Positions 27,853-38,186 of a DNA stretch of 64,000 bases are shown here, in pieces. A model generated the notes under the pieces. It saw only the letters and a list, made by a program, of their open reading frames with translations. It was not told where the DNA came from and ran no database searches. Position 1 is the first letter of the stretch. Each line of letters begins with the position of its first letter. Source of the stretch: Bacteroidales bacterium (GTDB taxonomy: Bacteria; Bacteroidota; Bacteroidia; Bacteroidales; UBA10428); the NCBI GenBank assembly GCA_016930375.1, contig JAFGGU010000011.1:1397-65396 (forward strand), read 5' to 3'. Position numbers and translations under genes: made by a program.

Positions 27853-30471
27853 ATGCAGGCTGAAGATACCAAAATTACCAATTTGACTTTTAAATCTACC
27901 GAAAGCAAAGACGCAGTGAAAAAAGTTGCCACCAGTAAGGACACGACTTACACCTATGAAGAGGCCTACCAGAGTTCGCTTGAGTATTTCAAGGGTGATG
28001 AACTGGCTGCTACCGTGTGGGTGAACAAATATGCCCTCAAGGACTCTTTCGGCAAGATTTATGAAAAAAATCCCGAGCAGATGCACTGGCGTATAGCAAA
28101 TGAAATTCATCGCATAGAGCAAAAATATCCCAACCCGATGCCGCTGCTGGAAATCCATGCGCTTTTGAAGGATTTTGGTTATATCATACCGCAGGGTAGT
28201 CCCATGACAGGAATCGGCAATCACTTCCAGATCGCCTCTCTTTCCAACTGTTTTGTCATAGGCAATGCCGGCTATTCAGATTCATACGGCGGCATCATGA
28301 AGATCGACCAGGAACAGGTGCAACTGATGAAACGCCGGGGCGGCGTGGGTCACGACTTATCGCACATCCGTCCGAAAGGCACACCCGTGTTGAACAGCGC
28401 TCTTACCTCCACCGGTGTTGTTCCCTTTATGGAAAGATATTCCAATTCTACGCGGGAAGTTGCGCAGGACGGCCGTCGGGGAGCGCTCATGCTGAGCATT
28501 TCGATAAAGCACCCCGACTCGGAAAAATTCATTGATGCCAAGCTTGAAAAAGGGAAGGTCACAGGGGCCAATATATCTGTCAGGATCAACGATGAATTCA
28601 TGAAAGCTGTTGTCAACAATGAGACTTACATACAGCATTATCCTGTTGATTCCGATAATCCGGTATTCACCCGGGAAATAGAAGCCCGCAAACTGTGGGA
28701 AAAGATCGTACACAATGCCTGGAAGTCGGCTGAACCTGGCATTCTTTTCTGGGATACCATCATACGTGAATCGGTGCCTGATTGCTATGCTGACATGGGA
28801 TACCGTACTGTTTCCACCAATCCTTGCGGCGAAATTCCTTTATGTCCCTATGACTCATGCCGGCTACTGGCCATTAATCTCTACAGCTATGTGAATTCGC
28901 CATTCACCCAGGAGGCAGTATTTGATTTTGAAAAATTCAAAAAGCACGTGCATTATGCCCAGAGAATGATGGATGACATCATTGACCTGGAACTGGAAAA
29001 AATTGATGCCATTCTCGATAAAATAAACAAGGACCCGGAAGATCCTGAACTCAAAAGAGTTGAAAAGAAACTCTGGGAAAATATCCGGGTAAAAGCGGAA
29101 GAAGGTCGTCGCACAGGCATTGGCATCACGGCCGAGGGAGATATGCTGGCTGCCCTTGGCTTGCGCTATGGCAGCGACGATGCCATTGATTTCTCGGTTG
29201 AAGTTCAGAAAACACTGGCCATTGAAGCCTACCGTTCATCGGTTGATGTAGCCAGGGAGCGCGGTCCTTTCGCGATTTATGATGCGCACCTTGAAAAAGA
29301 CAATCCTTTTATCAAACGATTGAAAGCCGAGGATGAGCAAATGTACCACGACATGGTAAAATACGGCCGCAGAAACATCGCCCTGCTTACCATTGCGCCA
29401 ACAGGAACCACCAGCCTGATGACACAAACCACGTCCGGAATTGAACCTGTGTTCCTGCCTGTTTACAAGCGTCGGCGGAAGGTGAATCCGAATGATACCA
29501 ATATCAACATCTCTTTCACTGATGAAGTAGGCGATAAATGGGAGGAGTTCAATGTATTCCACCATAAATTCCTGACCTGGCTCGAGGTCAATGGTTACAA
29601 CGTGGAAGAAGTAAAACAGTATACCGACGATAAGCTCCAGGAAATTGTAGCCCATTCGCCTTATTATAAGGCTACTTCCAATGATGTCGACTGGATGAAC
29701 AAAGTGAGGATGCAGGGCGAGGTGCAAAAATGGGTCGACCATTCCATCAGCGTAACCATCAACCTGCCCAGTAATGCCTCGGAAGAACTGGTCGGCCAGC
29801 TCTATGTCACGGCATGGCAAAGCGGGTGCAAGGGAGTTACGGTTTACCGCGATGGATCACGCTCAGGCGTCCTCCTGAACAATAAGGAAAAGGACAAGGA
29901 GGGAGAAGGTGAGGACGAATCGCAAAGGTTTAAAAGACCCAGGGTGCTGGATGCCGATATCATCCGCTTCAACAATAACGAAGAAAAATGGATTGCCTTC
30001 ATCGGCCTCAAAGACAATAAGCCTTACGAAATATTCACCGGTATCGTGGATGACGAGATGTTCCCCATTCCCAAGTCCATCACCAAGGGAAAAATTATCA
30101 AAAACCGTGATGAGCATGGGAAATCGAGGTACGACTTCCAGTATACCGATAAATACGGCTATAACAATACACTGGGTGGTCTTTCCCATATGTTCAACAA
30201 GGAGTACTGGAACTATGCCAAGCTGTTTTCCAGTGTGCTCCGCCATGGTATGCCCATTCCTGATGTAGTGAACCTGATAGGATCCCTGCAACTCGACAGC
30301 GATACGATCAATACCTGGAAAAATGGTGTCGAAAGGGCTTTGAAGAAGTATATCCCGAATGACACCAGGGCGAAAAAAGGGAAAACCTGTTCCGAATGCG
30401 GATCAGAAAACCTGATTTACCAGGAAGGTTGCCTGGTGTGCAGATCATGCGGGTCGTCGAAATGCGGATGA
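27853..30471 (+). CDS. nrdJ: Adenosylcobalamin-dependent (class II) ribonucleotide reductase
   Basis: SLSNCFV, GGVG, AEPG, STNPCGEIPLC (thiyl Cys), TIAPTGTTS, KGVTVYRDGSR, C-terminal CxxC..CxxC. Real start may be the GTG at 27916. Confidence 0.94.
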   Translation: MQAEDTKITNLTFKSTESKDAVKKVATSKDTTYTYEEAYQSSLEYFKGDELAATVWVNKYALKDSFGKIYEKNPEQMHWRIANEIHRIEQKYPNPMPLLEIHALLKDFGYIIPQGSPMTGIGNHFQIASLSNCFVIGNAGYSDSYGGIMKIDQEQVQLMKRRGGVGHDLSHIRPKGTPVLNSALTSTGVVPFMERYSNSTREVAQDGRRGALMLSISIKHPDSEKFIDAKLEKGKVTGANISVRINDEFMKAVVNNETYIQHYPVDSDNPVFTREIEARKLWEKIVHNAWKSAEPGILFWDTIIRESVPDCYADMGYRTVSTNPCGEIPLCPYDSCRLLAINLYSYVNSPFTQEAVFDFEKFKKHVHYAQRMMDDIIDLELEKIDAILDKINKDPEDPELKRVEKKLWENIRVKAEEGRRTGIGITAEGDMLAALGLRYGSDDAIDFSVEVQKTLAIEAYRSSVDVARERGPFAIYDAHLEKDNPFIKRLKAEDEQMYHDMVKYGRRNIALLTIAPTGTTSLMTQTTSGIEPVFLPVYKRRRKVNPNDTNINISFTDEVGDKWEEFNVFHHKFLTWLEVNGYNVEEVKQYTDDKLQEIVAHSPYYKATSNDVDWMNKVRMQGEVQKWVDHSISVTINLPSNASEELVGQLYVTAWQSGCKGVTVYRDGSRSGVLLNNKEKDKEGEGEDESQRFKRPRVLDADIIRFNNNEEKWIAFIGLKDNKPYEIFTGIVDDEMFPIPKSITKGKIIKNRDEHGKSRYDFQYTDKYGYNNTLGGLSHMFNKEYWNYAKLFSSVLRHGMPIPDVVNLIGSLQLDSDTINTWKNGVERALKKYIPNDTRAKKGKTCSECGSENLIYQEGCLVCRSCGSSKCG

Positions 30472-30486
30472 CCAGGATCTGGTAAT

Positions 30487-30518
30487 AAAAAAGCCGGCGC
30501 TGAAACGCCGGCTTTTTT
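30487..30518. terminator. Bidirectional intrinsic terminator between nrdJ and fusA2
   Basis: aaaaaa-gccggcg-ctgaaa-cgccggc-tttttt. Confidence 0.92.
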
Positions 30519-30522
30519 ATGT

Positions 30523-32673
30523 CTATTCTTCCTTCTCTTCAGCCTCGTAAGCTTTAAGAAGCTCTTCCTGGATATTTCCGGGAACGGGCTCATATTCGAG
30601 GAATTTCATACTGTACATGGCACGGCCGCCGGTAATGGAACTCAGCGCTGTGGAGTATTTATTCATTTCGGCCAGGGGAACCTTGGCTATAATTTTCTGG
30701 AAACCCATCTCGGAGGACATACCCTGAACTATGGCACGCCTTCCCTGGAGGTCGCTCATTACATCACCCATCCGGTCACCGGGTACAAGAACGTCAACCT
30801 GGTACATGGGCTCAAGAATTTTGGGTGCTGCCTTTTTGAAAGCCAGGCTGAATGCGTTGCGACCTGCAAGTCTGAAAGATATTTCATTGGAATCAACCGG
30901 GTGCATCTTGCCATCATATACGTAAACCCTGATATCGCGGGCGTAGGAACCGGTAAGCGGACCAACTTCGATCTTTTCCATCAGACCCTTGAGGATAGCA
31001 GGGAGGAAACGCGCATCAATCGAACCTCCGACGATGCAATTATAGAATACCAGCTTCCCCCCCCAGGGCAGTGGAATTTCTTCCTTATCCCGGATCGATA
31101 TCTTTTGATCTTTCCCGTCGATTTTGAACATTTCAGTATCGGGTGTCCCTTCTTTGTGAGGCTCTATCACCAGATGCACCTCGCCAAACTGTCCGGCACC
31201 GCCCGACTGCTTTTTATGACGGTAATCGGCCGGCGCAAATTTGGTAATGGTCTCCCGGTAAGGTATTTTGGGCGCCAGGAACTCCGTACCAACTTTGAAT
31301 ATGTTATCCAGATGCCACTTGAGAATATTCAGGTGATATTCACCCTGTCCGGACAATATGATCTGCTTCAGTTCTTTGGAATACTCGATATGAATGGTGG
31401 GATCTTCAAAATTCATTCTCTGCAAAGCTTCACCCAGTTTTTCCTCGTCTCCTTCACTCAGCGTTTTAATAGCAGCGCGATACTTGGGTTCGGGGAATTC
31501 AATGGCCGCGAATTTAAGGGAAGTATCCAGGGATAAAGTCTGGTTTGTTTTTGTTGCCTTGAGTTTTACAGTTGCTCCCAGGTCACCTGCCAGCATGTTA
31601 GGTACCTTGGTCCTGTTTTTACCGGCAACTGCAAAGATCTGCGCAATTCTCTCCTTGTTCTGCGTAGCGTTGTTGGAAAGGTCAATGCCTTCTTTGATTT
31701 CACCGGCCATTACCTTGAAATAGTTGATTTCACCAATATGTGTTTCAACGGCAGATTTAAAAACAAATAAGGTGGCCTGACCGGCAGGGTCGCACTTGAC
31801 TTCCTTATTGCCTGCCTTGGGAGCAGGTAAATCGTTGGGACTGGGTGCCACCTGGGTAATGAATTCAAGCAAACGGCCCACACCGATATCCTTTTTAGCT
31901 GAAACACAGAATACCGGGAACAGGCCACGTTGCAATATCCCTGCCTTGATACCCTTTTGCAATTCTTCGGCGGTCAGGGTGTCATTGGCAAAGAACTGCT
32001 CCATAAGCGACTCGTCACTTTCAGCAGCTCTCTCAACCAGAGCTGCATGCAATTCATCAGCCTGACCTTTTTGGTCAGCAGGAATATCGAGGATCTGTGG
32101 TTTGCCGCCTTCTTTGGGAAATTTGTACATCTTCATGGTCAGTACGTCAACGATTGAATCAAATCCGCTGCCGGTATGAACAGGGAATTGTATTACAACC
32201 GCATGATTGCCGAATCTTTCCTTGATGGATTCAATGGTCTTCTCCCAATTGGCTTTTTCATGATCGACCTGGTTGACAACGAAGATGATGGGTTTATTCT
32301 CCTTGCCAAGATACCTGCCATGAATTTCGGCGCCTACCTCAATGCCATTCTGCGCATTCACCACCATCAGAGCGGCATCGGTAACCGTGAGTGCTGATAT
32401 CACGCCGTTAACGAAATCATCGAGGCCAGGAGCATCAATAAGGTTAATTTTGTGATCGTTATACAGCGTATACAATAAGGATGAAAAGATCGAACAGGTG
32501 TTGTTCTGTTCAATTTCCTTGAAATCCGATACAGTATTTTTGCTTTCGACGTCACCTCGCCGCTCAATCACGCCTCCTTCGAATAGCATGGCTTCTGCAA
32601 GTGTGGTTTTCCCCGATCCGGAATTACCAACAATTACCAGGTTTTTAATCTGACCAGTTGAGTATGTCTTCAT
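30523..32673 (-). CDS. fusA2: Elongation factor G paralog (EF-G2)
   Basis: GNSGSGKTT, DAPG, GQGEYHL, PYRETI, HKKQSGGAGQFGEV, DGKMHPVDS, ILEP; divergent G2/G4 motifs; not in the str operon. Confidence 0.9.
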   Translation of the reverse strand: MKTYSTGQIKNLVIVGNSGSGKTTLAEAMLFEGGVIERRGDVESKNTVSDFKEIEQNNTCSIFSSLLYTLYNDHKINLIDAPGLDDFVNGVISALTVTDAALMVVNAQNGIEVGAEIHGRYLGKENKPIIFVVNQVDHEKANWEKTIESIKERFGNHAVVIQFPVHTGSGFDSIVDVLTMKMYKFPKEGGKPQILDIPADQKGQADELHAALVERAAESDESLMEQFFANDTLTAEELQKGIKAGILQRGLFPVFCVSAKKDIGVGRLLEFITQVAPSPNDLPAPKAGNKEVKCDPAGQATLFVFKSAVETHIGEINYFKVMAGEIKEGIDLSNNATQNKERIAQIFAVAGKNRTKVPNMLAGDLGATVKLKATKTNQTLSLDTSLKFAAIEFPEPKYRAAIKTLSEGDEEKLGEALQRMNFEDPTIHIEYSKELKQIILSGQGEYHLNILKWHLDNIFKVGTEFLAPKIPYRETITKFAPADYRHKKQSGGAGQFGEVHLVIEPHKEGTPDTEMFKIDGKDQKISIRDKEEIPLPWGGKLVFYNCIVGGSIDARFLPAILKGLMEKIEVGPLTGSYARDIRVYVYDGKMHPVDSNEISFRLAGRNAFSLAFKKAAPKILEPMYQVDVLVPGDRMGDVMSDLQGRRAIVQGMSSEMGFQKIIAKVPLAEMNKYSTALSSITGGRAMYSMKFLEYEPVPGNIQEELLKAYEAEEKEE

Positions 32674-32810
32674 TTCTTAATTGATTTACTATTAATACCT
32701 TATTGAATGCCTTTGGGCAAGAGATTGCAAAAATAACAAAATTTTGCATAGAAGCAAGAACTATCGGGGATTTCCTAAGGACAGACAAGCCCTTGATTAT
32801 ATTGCCATTC

Positions 32811-32840
32811 AAAAAAAGAGGGTGTATGCGCACCCTCTTT
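32811..32840 (-). terminator. Intrinsic terminator after TonB-dependent receptor 1
   Basis: Stem aaagagggtg / caccctcttt with 6-nt loop, followed on the minus strand by a T tract. Confidence 0.85.
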
Positions 32841-32875
32841 CACTCAATCACATTAAAAACCCCGAACTACATGAT

Positions 32876-35350
32876 CTACATCATATCATCCATCCCGTTC
32901 ATGTCAGAATCGCCATTGCCATCACTCCTGTTGGCTGCCTGCCTGTAGTTGTTGATCCTGAAAGTCAGGTTTAACATGACAACGGGTGACTCCCTGCGAC
33001 CCGTGTTGTGGGTGTAGAAATCATTGCCTTCTGAAGTAAAGGAAAATACTCCCGTCGACAATATATCCCTTGCATTCAGCGAAAGAGTCAGCTTTTTCTT
33101 CAGCATTTCCTTGCGCAAAGCTACATTGGCAACAAAGAAACCTTCCCGTGATCCCTGCAGCGTGCGTGAAGGTCCGTTATAAAAACCGCTGATCTGCAAA
33201 CGCGTGTCCCACTTCAGTTTAAAGGAGGAATTGAAATTTGTACGCCAGGTCATGGATCTTGAAGTCACCTCCCTATTATCAACCATTCCATTGAGTTGAT
33301 AATGAAAGAGGTTTCCGGTGAGGTTGAGCTGCCACCATTTGGTGAGTTCCAGGTTGGTCATAAGCTCCATGCCCAGTGAATAGTCCTTGCTGGCGTTAAT
33401 TGTCGTAAATGTGAACACCGGACGTCCGGCAATGGTGTCATAGCCATTCAGCTGGGTAATTTTATCGTAGGTTCCCCTGTAATAGGTTTCGAGCGAAATA
33501 AATCCCTTTTTGAAGGTGTACTGATAATTCAGCTCGAAAGCATTGGTAAATTCCGGCCTCAATGCCGGATTCCCAAAAAATACATTATCGGCACCCCTGA
33601 ATTCAATGAATGGATTGAGATTACGTTCATTTGGACGCTGGATACGCCGGGAATAAGTAAATTGCAGCTGATGGGCCTCCGAAAGTTTCCGTGTCAGGTA
33701 GAAGGACGGGAAGAAATGGAATTTTTCATAGGTAAAGGATTGCGAGCTCGTTTTTTGTTCAAGGGTACGATTGTCATACTCTGCCCTTATCCCGGTCTGG
33801 TATTCGAATTTCCCAAGCGGGCCGGAGACAATGAGATAACCCGACTCAAGCAGATCACGATATTCCAGCGTATTGCTGATCGAATCATCCTGCAGCCATT
33901 CCGAACCGGAAAGATAGTCCTCGTAAATATAAGTTCCCCTGTCCTTGTCCAGTCTTGATTGCAAGCCGGCCTCGATTTTGCCGAAGCTGACGGGTCTTGT
34001 ATAATCGAGCTCGATCCGCAATTCCTGCTCAGGGGTTTCCGTTCTTGCACGGGTCCGCTTTGGTTCGGTACCCACGAGGTGAAAACTGCCGTCGGTTTTC
34101 CTGACAATATCTTCCTCAGCTTCCTCCTCGCCGGAATTTGCGTAATAAACGGAAGCCTGCAGTTCGTGCCCCTTGTCGTCGTATCTTTTCTGGTAATCGA
34201 GGTTCAGGTTGTAATAGGCATCCTTGTCCCGCGAATTGCTTTCTTCGAGGAAAAAAGAATCTTTTGAGGCAGGTGCTGTGAACCAGCTGCCCAGCGAGTT
34301 AAAATCGCGCCGGAATTCCCGGTTCCCTATAGCTCCCGAAAGGGATAATACCGATTTGTCGCTCAACGCATAGTCAAACCCCATTTTAAGGTTGAGTGAT
34401 TTCCTGGAAAACTCCCCTTCATTAGTAGCACGTATGGTTGTCGTGGTATCGCCCAGGTAGGTTCTTCGCTCATTTTCACCCGTGTTGTAGTTATGCTGAT
34501 CGGCATATTCACCCCCAATGAAATAATTGAGTTTCTGATGCTTGAAGTTTAACAGAAAGTCGGTAGAATATTTGTTTTTTGTTCCCACTGAGGCATTGAT
34601 AATACCACCGACCCCGTTATTCCTCTGTTTTTTCATTACGACATTGATAATACCAGCCGCCCCGTCGGGGTCATATTTTGCGGAGGGACTGGTGATGATC
34701 TCGATACTTTGGACAGCGCTGGCGGGAATCTGCTGCAGTCCCTCGCTTCCGCCAATGATACTTGGCTTCCCGTCAATCAGCAATTGAAAATTACTGCTGC
34801 CCCTGAGGCTGACATTGCCCTCGACATCCACCTCAACGGAAGGTGTATTCTCGAGTACGTTCACAAGTGAACCGCCGGCACTGGAAATATCCTGTGCCAC
34901 ATTGACCACTTTTTTGTCGATCTTGTACTCGACACGCTGGCTTTGTGCAACAACATGCACCTCGCCAATCTGGGTGATATCGGGGTGCATAACCACTACA
35001 CCCAGATCGAGTGCTGTTCTTTGTGAAGCAATCACCAGGGTTGAGATCCGCTTTTGTTCATAACCGATGAAATTGGCATCCACATAATAAGTACCAGGAA
35101 GCACATCCCTGAAAATAAAAGCGCCGTCCGGTCCTGTAACAACACCGTTCACCAGGGTTGAATCAGCCATCCGGTATAATCCTACGGTTGCATATTCTAT
35201 GTTACCCTGGGTTGTGGAATCGTGAATAATGCCTCTGATGGAACCGGGGCCCGGAATCTCCGAAGGCGCTTCCGCCGGCCTCAGGGGTTGTGCCATCAGG
35301 GCAAGGTTAAAGAATAAAGCAGATACCCCTAAAATCAAATTTTTCCTCAT
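32876..35350 (-). CDS. TonB-dependent receptor (carboxypeptidase-like N-domain, plug, OMP beta-barrel), paralog 1
   Basis: Signal peptide; DKKVVNV, VLENTPSVEVDVEGNVSLRG, SIEIITSPSAKYDPDGAAGIINV, GNPALRPE. ATG at 35350 chosen. Confidence 0.92.
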   Translation of the reverse strand: MRKNLILGVSALFFNLALMAQPLRPAEAPSEIPGPGSIRGIIHDSTTQGNIEYATVGLYRMADSTLVNGVVTGPDGAFIFRDVLPGTYYVDANFIGYEQKRISTLVIASQRTALDLGVVVMHPDITQIGEVHVVAQSQRVEYKIDKKVVNVAQDISSAGGSLVNVLENTPSVEVDVEGNVSLRGSSNFQLLIDGKPSIIGGSEGLQQIPASAVQSIEIITSPSAKYDPDGAAGIINVVMKKQRNNGVGGIINASVGTKNKYSTDFLLNFKHQKLNYFIGGEYADQHNYNTGENERRTYLGDTTTTIRATNEGEFSRKSLNLKMGFDYALSDKSVLSLSGAIGNREFRRDFNSLGSWFTAPASKDSFFLEESNSRDKDAYYNLNLDYQKRYDDKGHELQASVYYANSGEEEAEEDIVRKTDGSFHLVGTEPKRTRARTETPEQELRIELDYTRPVSFGKIEAGLQSRLDKDRGTYIYEDYLSGSEWLQDDSISNTLEYRDLLESGYLIVSGPLGKFEYQTGIRAEYDNRTLEQKTSSQSFTYEKFHFFPSFYLTRKLSEAHQLQFTYSRRIQRPNERNLNPFIEFRGADNVFFGNPALRPEFTNAFELNYQYTFKKGFISLETYYRGTYDKITQLNGYDTIAGRPVFTFTTINASKDYSLGMELMTNLELTKWWQLNLTGNLFHYQLNGMVDNREVTSRSMTWRTNFNSSFKLKWDTRLQISGFYNGPSRTLQGSREGFFVANVALRKEMLKKKLTLSLNARDILSTGVFSFTSEGNDFYTHNTGRRESPVVMLNLTFRINNYRQAANRSDGNGDSDMNGMDDMM

Positions 35351-35446
35351 TTGCCTGTTTTTAATTTTAAACACTGATTATTTGCTAATCAATGGCCAAA
35401 TAAACTGCAAAAACGAGAAAAAGTTTGTTAAAGAATATATAAAATC

Positions 35447-35497
35447 GACAAGCCGCTTTGTTTAACAGACAAGCCGATCTGTTTTACTGACAAACCG
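35447..35497. promoter_or_regulatory. Three direct repeats GACAA(G/A)CCG at 21-bp period
   Basis: Copies start at 35447, 35468 and 35489, upstream of receptor 1. Confidence 0.75.
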
Positions 35498-35554
35498 GCT
35501 TGTAAATTTTTATTATCCTTCATTTGGCGGATTTTGTTGTTCCACCCAGAAATA

Positions 35555-38026
35555 TTACATCATATCTTCCCCGCCGCCATTCATTTCCTGCTGCACGTCT
35601 CTCCTGTTGGCTGCCTGCCTGTAGTTATTGATGCGGTATGTGAGATTCAGGGTAACAACAGGTGCTTCACGCCTGAATTTGTTATAAGTATAAAAAGTCT
35701 CGCCACTGGATGTGAATGAACGCGCCCCGGTGGCAAAGATGTCACGCGCATTCAGGGCGACACTCAGCTGCTTTTTCAGGAATTCCTTTCGGATGGCTGC
35801 GTTGATCACAACAAATCCATCCTGCTCACCCTGAAGGGTTTTCGATGGTCCGTTGTAAAACCCGGTCAGCTGGAAACGGGTATCCCATTTCAGTTTGAAT
35901 GAACTGTTGAAGTTGGTCCGCCAGGTGTTCGAAACCGAGGAAACCCGATTACCCTCAACCTCTCCGTTAAGCTGGTACCGGAAAACATTTCCGGTCAGGT
36001 TGAGCTGCCACCATTTGGTAACATTGATATTCGCCATCAACTCAACCCCCAGGGAATGATCTTCATCAGCATTGGTGATTGTATTTACGAATACCTGTCT
36101 GCCTGAAAGGGTATCAATACCTGTAATGCGTGTGATTTTATCGTTAGTTTTACGATAATAGGTTTCCAGGGAAAGAGATCCGCTCTTAAATGTATACTGG
36201 TAATTCAGCTCGAAAGCATTCGTGAATTCTGGCGTCAATGCCGGATTTCCATAGAATACATTATTGGAACCCCGAAACTCTTTGAAAGGATTCAGGTTCC
36301 ACATACTGGGCCGTTGAATACGGGTTGTATAGGTGAACTGAAACTGGTGGGCATCCGAAAGCTTCCGCATGATGTAAAATGAGGGGAAGAAATGCATCTT
36401 CTCGTAGGTGTAGGATTCCGAACTTGTTTTTTGTTCGAGACTGCGGTTATCATACTCTGCCCTTAATCCAACCTGGAATTCAAATTTGCCCAATGGTGCG
36501 CCATAGGTTGTGTAAACCGACTGCAGGGCATCAAGATAATCCAGGGAATTGCTAATGGAGTCGTTACTCAGCCATTCATCCCCTGCGGGATGAAAATCCT
36601 CAAAGATGTAATTTCCTTCCTGGCGGTCCCACCTGCTTTGAAGACCAAGCTCCACTTTCCCTTTGCCGACAGGCCGGGTATAATCGAGTTCAATCCTCAG
36701 ATTGGATTCGGGATTTTTCATCCGCGACCTTGTACGGGCAGGATCCGAACCAACCTGTTCATATTGACTGTTGGTTTTCGTTACGATTTCGGATTCGCCT
36801 TCATCTTCGGTGGCTGCTGAATAATAAACCGACGCCTGCAAATTATGCCCTTCACCGTTGAATTTTCTCTGGTAGTCAGCATTCAGGTTGTAAAATCTCT
36901 CCCTGTCGGTGCCGTTGCTCTCATCGGTGTAAAATGAATCAATAGTGGCTGGCAGGGTAAACCAGTGGTTGGAGGAAATAAAACTACGGTTAAAATCACG
37001 GTTGCCAATAGCTCCGGATAAGGAGAAGGTCGTCTGGTCATTGATATAGAAATCAAATCCGGATTTCAGATTCAGGGATGCCCTTGAAAATAGTCCGTTC
37101 ACCTTGGCAAGTGTCGTAGTTGTCGTATCAAAGAGGTAAGTCCTTCGCTCATTCTCCCCTTTCATATGAAAATTCTGGTCCGTCCATTCTCCGCCAATGA
37201 AGTAATTCAGTTTATTCTTCTTAAAATTCAACAGGAAGTCGGCCGTGTATTTGTCCCGTGTCCCTATGGATGCATTTACAATTCCTCCTATTCCCGTGTT
37301 TTTTTGCTTTTTCATGATCACATTGATGATACCGGCTTCGCCATCCGGGTCATATTTGGCAGAAGGACTGGTGATGATCTCCAGGCTCTGGACTGCACTG
37401 GCAGGGATCTGCTGCAAACCATCACTTCCCTGGATCACGCTGGGCTTTCCATCAATCAGCAGCTGAAAATTCCCGCTTCCCCGCAGGCTCACATTCCCTT
37501 CCACATCCACCTGCACCGAAGGTGTGTTTTCAAGGACGTTGACCAGGGTTCCACCGGCGGCGTTTAAATCGGATGTTACATTGACAACCTTTTTGTCGAT
37601 CCTGTAATCTACCCGGTTGCTTTGTGCCGTGATCACGACTTCCCCAATCTCTTTGACATAAGGATGCAGGGCAATCACACCCAGGTCAGGATTCAGATTA
37701 CTCTGAGTCAGTAAAAGCGGTATGTTCTTTTTGTGATATCCGATGAAATGCACCTGGAGGTAAAAATTACCCAGGGGCAGATCACGCAACCAGAAAGCAC
37801 CTCTCTCATCGGTGATAAGTCCGGTGACCAGACTGGAATCGGGCAAACGGTATAATCCCACCGTCGCATATTCAATGGCCCCGTTGCTGGTGGAGTCATG
37901 TACCATCCCTTTTACCGATGCTACTTTGGAAACGGCGACCGTTTCTTTTGGCTGGTCAGGCGCCTGGGATCTTCCTTCGAAGTATAAAGCCAATAAAATA
38001 AAGGGTATAAGTATCAATTTTCTCAT
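35555..38026 (-). CDS. TonB-dependent receptor, paralog 2
   Basis: Same architecture and many identical blocks with paralog 1 (VNVLENTPSV, IITSPSAKYDPDG, EFTNAFELNYQYTFK, RINNYRQAANR). ATG at 38026 chosen. Confidence 0.92.
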   Translation of the reverse strand: MRKLILIPFILLALYFEGRSQAPDQPKETVAVSKVASVKGMVHDSTSNGAIEYATVGLYRLPDSSLVTGLITDERGAFWLRDLPLGNFYLQVHFIGYHKKNIPLLLTQSNLNPDLGVIALHPYVKEIGEVVITAQSNRVDYRIDKKVVNVTSDLNAAGGTLVNVLENTPSVQVDVEGNVSLRGSGNFQLLIDGKPSVIQGSDGLQQIPASAVQSLEIITSPSAKYDPDGEAGIINVIMKKQKNTGIGGIVNASIGTRDKYTADFLLNFKKNKLNYFIGGEWTDQNFHMKGENERRTYLFDTTTTTLAKVNGLFSRASLNLKSGFDFYINDQTTFSLSGAIGNRDFNRSFISSNHWFTLPATIDSFYTDESNGTDRERFYNLNADYQRKFNGEGHNLQASVYYSAATEDEGESEIVTKTNSQYEQVGSDPARTRSRMKNPESNLRIELDYTRPVGKGKVELGLQSRWDRQEGNYIFEDFHPAGDEWLSNDSISNSLDYLDALQSVYTTYGAPLGKFEFQVGLRAEYDNRSLEQKTSSESYTYEKMHFFPSFYIMRKLSDAHQFQFTYTTRIQRPSMWNLNPFKEFRGSNNVFYGNPALTPEFTNAFELNYQYTFKSGSLSLETYYRKTNDKITRITGIDTLSGRQVFVNTITNADEDHSLGVELMANINVTKWWQLNLTGNVFRYQLNGEVEGNRVSSVSNTWRTNFNSSFKLKWDTRFQLTGFYNGPSKTLQGEQDGFVVINAAIRKEFLKKQLSVALNARDIFATGARSFTSSGETFYTYNKFRREAPVVTLNLTYRINNYRQAANRRDVQQEMNGGGEDMM

Positions 38027-38118
38027 TTTTTCATGTTTTATTACAGTATCCAATTTCAATTTTATATATGCTGTAACAAGCGAAAACCAAAACAGATCAT
38101 GCAAAAATGATAGTAATC

Positions 38119-38169
38119 GACAAAAGGGTTAAAATAAAAGACAAAAAGGTGTTTTTTATGGAAAAAGAC
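38119..38169. promoter_or_regulatory. Three GA(C/A)AAA direct repeats at 21-bp period
   Basis: gacaaaagg at 38119, gacaaaaag at 38140, gaaaaagac at 38161, upstream of receptor 2. Confidence 0.55.
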
Positions 38170-38186
38170 GGGTTTTAACCTATGCT

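Noticed and set aside
32784-32792. Single GACAAGCCC upstream of fusA2 resembling the receptor-promoter repeat
   Set aside because: No partner copy at 21-bp spacing.
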